Shown here: positions 60,801 to 64,000 of the stretch, piece by piece
Position numbering within the stretch: position 1 is the stretch's first letter
How the letters are laid out: each line of letters opens with the position of its first letter
Translations under genes and position numbers: made by a program
The notes under the pieces: model-generated
The model's input: only the letters and a program-made list of their open reading frames with translations
What the model was told of the DNA's origin: nothing
Database searches by the model: none
DNA from: a virus
Virus record (IMG/VR): IMGVR_UViG_3300044961_000262
Location: 19,780 to 83,779 of that record
Direction: 5' to 3' (one strand)
DNA: 64,000 nucleotides

Positions 60801-61578
60801 ATTAGTCCAAGGTATTAATAAAAGAGGTGGATTAGCTTATATAGAACAATCTACTAATAATGTTATAGAAGATAAGTTTTGGGAAACTGGTAGTATAAAA
60901 GAAAGAGAATACACTCCTGAGAATATCACTACTTTAAAACCTAATGAAGTATTTGTATTTGGAGCAAATACAGCAGGAGGACATGGTGGAGGTACAGCAG
61001 GTTTAGCACAAAGAGGAACTACTTCTTCTAATTATACAGCTTTACCTATTGGAACTAAAGGTAAATGGTCTGAATATGGAGTAGTTGATAAATTAATGCA
61101 AGGAACAGAAGGTAAATCTTTCGGCATTGTTACTAAAGCAGCAACTATTACAGGAACAACTTTAAAAATAGGAAGTAAAAGAAGTGTTCCATTAAGTAGA
61201 ATAGAAGAATCTATAGATGCTTTAATTAAAACAGCTAATGAAAATCCAAATTTAAAGTTTTTGGTAACTAAGTTTGGTACTAATATGGCAGGATTTTCTG
61301 AACAAGAAATGAAATCTTTATTAAAAAACAAAAGTTTACCAGATAACATTGTTTTACCTAAAGAGTTTGAAACAAGGTCTGAGTTTACAGGTCAAAACAA
61401 ATTTATTGAAGCATTAGCTCAAGCTTATAAAAATGTAATTAATAACCAAAATACAAATACAGTTAATGATAACGATATAGATTATAAAGAATGGGCGGAA
61501 GATAATTATTGTCCTTGGGAATCAGAAGAATGGAATAGAGAATATTATAATAATTGTGTAAAAAATAAAAATAAATAA
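54814..61578 (+). CDS. crAss-like virion RNA polymerase (two-barrel) with C-terminal accessory domains
   Basis: YRIPTQ...GSDFDVDK (DxDxD at 58285-58299), DAQG, PLKP, AAVDAAKD. Confidence 0.9.
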   Translation: MFKCINFSLPTTKAIAEKIAIDLNEMITPRQVALIWDIWLNEDFENRKSIEPTSKDILEIYANFAVSSKQEVLNSEKIKDQEKVVDFLQSLFFTLLEQEVGSPLITREDIIKHKTELLKAFPKNLREQGFPFIADNFEHYRSYLESQRLSKFSMPETSIEDMEFKEKDQVSSQSSSFYDNKHKASDEAVYLIASLTSDEEIYGLPKPLNFSETWNIIQNLLADSLDFEDQINILEENRNTYPFINQLLNKLGISDGIQIDSERHIRVGQSFSEAFLKQFSDISIATTSGKDSYSSIDGQTENSLKEKFKNKFFSSKNVVKINGSLVTNIDAYRKLELKGFSEAELKTFLEFFGIPSDIEFNDDIKADLRQIKKQVDGAKSMIWLDDNDLDIKGRLSSIIKLFVPQEQANKNLSTLNAEGKQQYAIHNANYFSRFVTKLKKGRIEAKNYFDKVFSLGIAKKEIISGLQDDKKINTSVFSDLSLTDIAHTVITNMFSNNPIIHIPRVSDKSQEKGFKLETEGNNDDFMAFTKISNVVLKNLYNLYNQDINETLHPDWIYYNKEINTPEAFWKEIGIERGVTFEQFKSKILEFVNSQKEETKKMLEDLGVIYQPLDKYGEPLNIWKINFSNAAVNKILNKNWENANFSERDAALNTLINNFTFNMFYWSVGYTKSIYGSLVMTKPSNMFKRFSAAVAEGRQVSLSPNLNQEIARDYKKHGLLNHIPTQLKVYIHSETISASTTKDLNKISESYDKNNVDDAQGIILFPVYRTLLKGVNQWTDNQEEAYQKLMKGEKINKNVFPPLKPVGYSLVNIDGKKVPVFIKTSIYPISPADTLGTYNGLKYEYAIENGVSLFIPTSGIKIAIPKGTSPVISDGVVSNNPTVDFPIEDFRIQLDLNVKTSEDLLQGTQQRKLIFANAFSGGKAVDSKYEEIKNKYIDTLEKLASIEEKKLFERLGVENTKDGVIINNLSLLKDMLRSDMISNEMSMNVVNSINEVINSEGQLVGKIDTLPERQKIMNLLNSFITNNLIRLYINGTSLVQASNQGWEITTPDGPTSIDFISKEHQKKYYENKGLKFFELGDKTGAAEVLLPAKYKKFVKKNEEGDYIIDDEKVLINIGYRIPTQGHNSILHLRVVGFIPAHLDQLIIVPKEITTQGGSDFDVDKLNLFIPNTINLDGKIQYISEDMNGSEIYDKKKEKIEAFIKYLENGIERAKLEMEQSLGQDEAVDKLMEAIFGSKASDVNLTKQDIEEILEFAGYRKNELDIQIKKLLKLGEKDKFIENFKIKQLENILIQSTVDILSDPYFRKSLLTPNSANQLSSAAQEMTDNLINAGLKTKKPVLSFGNIFKANTLINTIYQMFASKALVGVFASQSTHHTLAQQVGLHFKSGRKFFFEHNKLENGDMDLSAIYDKDGNEISDVLGNNLLTAAVDAAKDDYLTELGINLQTGDFAAAFKRAGGKSQYLFHWLRLPIIQDYLAEEAKNESILYKSSNRVVSKSKLIDKVLKKYNLSKDSSEYVQTKYKNKAKGKELNEFREKRGEYTVDELKKLLFSNESKHPEMLMDLFDEFLFFKDAAIILRKSIATSKFDTAGPGKNLVEAKSLQYSYNKFVSEMKRNDEYTLGTLLNGETAPYERLINETVLKVFFPNSFPLVLNLYKPLTVMGLNNSIEKLLDSFINSEYGIVKKIPESFTLDIVYSAITNYMVQNSIGYEESLFFGDNTLGHRLNEIQKDETHPLYYNDFIQNFFNIELSRDAVTPTILSPIKKRLSAEDQNHFTGQLEEIKEYDNKLYEDIIKVSLFQTGFQQSPVSFYNIIPGHDMIPLVNKMILNAIDITDQRAVEPIIQNISNKLNEIKFVQLSNKAFVLPNGELQLTDEDIEKVNRLSYFNSKYGIFKFNGMGFVRVETKNHKSLFYNYTKEGIEFENMIDDKLVFENEESNEFSETDSIDIQPENISSKDSEFDKKLNQLIEEVADEVKNSDNSLTLTDILTEKLKQNPELVQGINKRGGLAYIEQSTNNVIEDKFWETGSIKEREYTPENITTLKPNEVFVFGANTAGGHGGGTAGLAQRGTTSSNYTALPIGTKGKWSEYGVVDKLMQGTEGKSFGIVTKAATITGTTLKIGSKRSVPLSRIEESIDALIKTANENPNLKFLVTKFGTNMAGFSEQEMKSLLKNKSLPDNIVLPKEFETRSEFTGQNKFIEALAQAYKNVINNQNTNTVNDNDIDYKEWAEDNYCPWESEEWNREYYNNCVKNKNK

Positions 61579-61579
61579 T

Positions 61580-62359
61580 ATGGGAAAATGTTTAAATATA
61601 CGTTCATCAGATGTAAAAAAGATGCTTGAATTTATTCCTAATGAAACTTCTTTAGTTAGTATCATACAGATGATAGGAGAAGATAAAGCTACTGTTAAAA
61701 ATGTTTATAACTATTATATTAATAGTGGTATACCTAAAGTAGCTTACGGATTAACAGGAAACGAACAATTATATAAAAATAATAATCTTTTAAATAAGGA
61801 AGGTAAAATTAAAAGTGTAGATGGTCTAACAAATGCCCAAATTAAAAATTGGATCGATAAATTAAATATTAAATCTGAAAATAGAGGTAGATACGAATTT
61901 AGATTATCAAATACTACAGGAGGTAAAAAAATTTTAATTTATCCTGTATTAAAAGAACCTAAAGATGACGATAATATTTCTGAAGGACAATTATTATTGT
62001 TTGATGAATCGGCTTTTAACAAATCTAATAATAATATTAAACCTGGAGTAGAAAAACTATTTAATGAAAATCTTGAATTAGCTAACCAAGTATATAGAGT
62101 ATTAGGATTTAATACTATTAATGAATCTGAAATAACATATACAGATGAAGAAGGTAATCTTTGTGCTAAAGAAGGTTTAAAATCTGATAAATTTACCAAA
62201 GGTGGTAAATGGGAAATTATTAAAGAATTTAAAGGAGCTTCTCATGAAAGAGGTGGTATTGATATTGAAATAGGTAATGGAAATATTAAAATGACTGGTA
62301 AACAAGGTCAAATTAAAGCTAAATTCGGTTTAGTTATAAATTCAAATAGTATTAAATAA
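61580..62359 (+). CDS. cargo-like modular protein
   Basis: IKPGVEKLF...ELAN module; GASHERGGIDI motif. Confidence 0.55.
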   Translation: MGKCLNIRSSDVKKMLEFIPNETSLVSIIQMIGEDKATVKNVYNYYINSGIPKVAYGLTGNEQLYKNNNLLNKEGKIKSVDGLTNAQIKNWIDKLNIKSENRGRYEFRLSNTTGGKKILIYPVLKEPKDDDNISEGQLLLFDESAFNKSNNNIKPGVEKLFNENLELANQVYRVLGFNTINESEITYTDEEGNLCAKEGLKSDKFTKGGKWEIIKEFKGASHERGGIDIEIGNGNIKMTGKQGQIKAKFGLVINSNSIK

Positions 62360-62360
62360 T

Positions 62361-63470
62361 ATGAAAAAACAAATAGAAGTAGAAGGCGGAGAATTAGCAA
62401 TCCGTAATTCACATGGAGATATAGTAATTATACCTAAAAAAAATAGAATAGAAGTTGAAGGTATGATTAAAGATAAATGTTGGAGTTGTGTAGATGCTTT
62501 TGTAGATACATTGCCGGTAATGGCTGATTATGCAGAAGATGGTAGTTTAATTATTGATTGGGGTAAAATTAAATCTAAATTAAACCCCTATAATTGGGGA
62601 GTTGATGATTATACAGATAAAGGAGATTTTAATTCTGCGTATTTTTCTGCAAAAAAAGAAGGAAAAAAGGAATTTATGTGGAATAATAAAAGATATAATG
62701 TCTATTATGCCGGAACACCAAGACAAGAAGTGGGTAAATATGGTATAAATAATAAAGAAATTAATCCTTTAGAAATTAATCATCCTGTTCAAGTTAATAA
62801 ATATGACCCTTTAAAAAAGTATGTTCCTGGTCATATTGAAGCTCAATTAACAGATTATTCGGAGAATAATCCTTCTGTAAATTATTCTCCAAAAGGAAAT
62901 TACCCTTTAGGTATAAATACAATAAAAGAAGCAGGTAAAAAGACATATAATGTTTATGGGGATGTAGATAAACAAAAGTTTGAAAATAAGGCTTATTCAT
63001 TACCCACAGGAAAATATTCAATTTTATTAGGGTTAAAAGAAGAACCTTCAGATTGGAATTTATTTACAAATAATTGTGCGGATAATGTTTGTGATGCTTT
63101 TAATATACCAAGAGCAAAAGGTTTAGAAACTCCAAATAATACGTTAAAAAAAATAATAGAAAAGTATCCAACAATAGAAGTTACAGGTAGAACTTATGAT
63201 GATTATTTAAAATTAAGTAAAGATATTCAAGATAAAAATTCAAAAGATGTGTTGAAAAATTCAAAAAATTTAATAGGATTAAGGTATAGTCCTGATTTAA
63301 TAAATACAAAAGTTGATAAAAATATTATAAGTAAAATTCAAAAATCTTTAGTAGAAGAAGGTTATAAACTACCAAAATCTACTAAAAAAGATGCTTCTTT
63401 TGATGGAATATTTGGAAATGAAACTAAACAAGCATTACTAGATTGGCAAAATAAAAATAAAACAAAATAA
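62361..63470 (+). CDS. permuted papain-like peptidase/amidase with peptidoglycan-binding domain
   Basis: PGHI...WNLFTNNCAD (His before Cys); C-terminal IQxxLxxxGY...DGIFGNETKQALLDWQ. Confidence 0.65.
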   Translation: MKKQIEVEGGELAIRNSHGDIVIIPKKNRIEVEGMIKDKCWSCVDAFVDTLPVMADYAEDGSLIIDWGKIKSKLNPYNWGVDDYTDKGDFNSAYFSAKKEGKKEFMWNNKRYNVYYAGTPRQEVGKYGINNKEINPLEINHPVQVNKYDPLKKYVPGHIEAQLTDYSENNPSVNYSPKGNYPLGINTIKEAGKKTYNVYGDVDKQKFENKAYSLPTGKYSILLGLKEEPSDWNLFTNNCADNVCDAFNIPRAKGLETPNNTLKKIIEKYPTIEVTGRTYDDYLKLSKDIQDKNSKDVLKNSKNLIGLRYSPDLINTKVDKNIISKIQKSLVEEGYKLPKSTKKDASFDGIFGNETKQALLDWQNKNKTK

Positions 63471-63472
63471 AA

Positions 63473-64000
63473 ATGAGCTGCAAACCAACATATAAAGGAA
63501 TAAGATATAATTCTTTAGAAGAATTGTATAAAAGTGTTAATACTATAACATCTGAACAAAAATATAAAGCTATACAGCTTTATTCTGACTATGTAAATAA
63601 TACTGGTAGAAAAGATATAGAAGGATTTAAAAAGTTTGTAAATAAAAATTTTTCTAATAATGAAGTAAATCAAGGATTAAAAATAATAGATATACTTCAA
63701 TCTGATAAAGCAAAACAAGTATTTGCTAAAGGAGAAAAAAATGGTTGGGATTTAACTAAAATACTTACAGAATTAGGTGTATCTAAACAACAACAAGAGT
63801 TGATTGATGTAAGTAAATTAGATAATAAAAATAAAATAGCAGGTAAAAAATTAAGTATTGTTGCAGAAAGAAAAAAACTTGCAACAATAAAAGATTTAGA
63901 AAATTCACAATTAATAAAAAATATTAGAGTTGATAAATCTCAATCTAAAGATATTAAACCTAATCAGGCTGATAAAAATTTGGCATCTATAATGTTATAT
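63473..64000 (+). CDS. N-terminus of a further large cargo-like protein (partial; missing from the ORF track)
   Basis: MSCKPTYKGIRYNSLEELYKS...KAIQLYSDY...DIEGFKKFV; open to the window end. Confidence 0.65.
   Translation, partial: MSCKPTYKGIRYNSLEELYKSVNTITSEQKYKAIQLYSDYVNNTGRKDIEGFKKFVNKNFSNNEVNQGLKIIDILQSDKAKQVFAKGEKNGWDLTKILTELGVSKQQQELIDVSKLDNKNKIAGKKLSIVAERKKLATIKDLENSQLIKNIRVDKSQSKDIKPNQADKNLASIMLY

Noticed and set aside
6-63021. Antisense or out-of-frame ORFs in the track (e.g. 6..236, 1473..1697, 7248..7463, 16233..16535, 25440..25733, 34235..34555, 59364..59855, 61032..61349)
   Set aside because: Shadows of better-supported genes, with no recognisable motifs.
1-64000. Stop-codon reassignment as in some crAss-like phages
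   Set aside because: Long genes are intact in code 11; TAG ends portal and capsid genes and TGA ends terL; no suppressor tRNA. The single in-frame TAG near 8228 sits in a frameshifted pseudogene.

Overview
AT-rich segment of a crAss-like (Crassvirales-type) podophage of a Bacteroidota host, read in the standard code 11. Two divergent arms meet at about 16.6-16.9 kb. The minus-strand arm (1-16.55 kb) carries replication genes (partial DnaB-like helicase, DnaA domain IV-like protein, SF2 helicase) and many small early-type ORFs. The plus-strand arm (16.9-64 kb) carries RepL-like, GroES-like, HU/IHF-like, exonuclease and zincin genes, terminase, portal, scaffold, major capsid, tail/ring/muzzle proteins, a lysis cassette and large virion cargo proteins, including a 2254-aa RNA polymerase with a DFDVD motif. 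Bacteroidota-type TAnnTTTG promoters precede several late genes. The most unusual content is non-coding and lies in the early arm: (1) a type III hammerhead (15255-15310) and a type P1 twister (14280-14344), both sense to the early genes and bracketing a 966-nt segment; (2) two tracts of abutting structured RNA domains; (3) a phage tmRNA with a 36-residue tag; (4) an integrase-less array of attC-like sites whose cassette ORFs read antisense through the sites. A degenerate tRNA-like gene follows the capsid gene, and the RNAP tail appears to carry a macro-like domain nested in a NADAR-like remnant. All calls are by eye; no searches were run.
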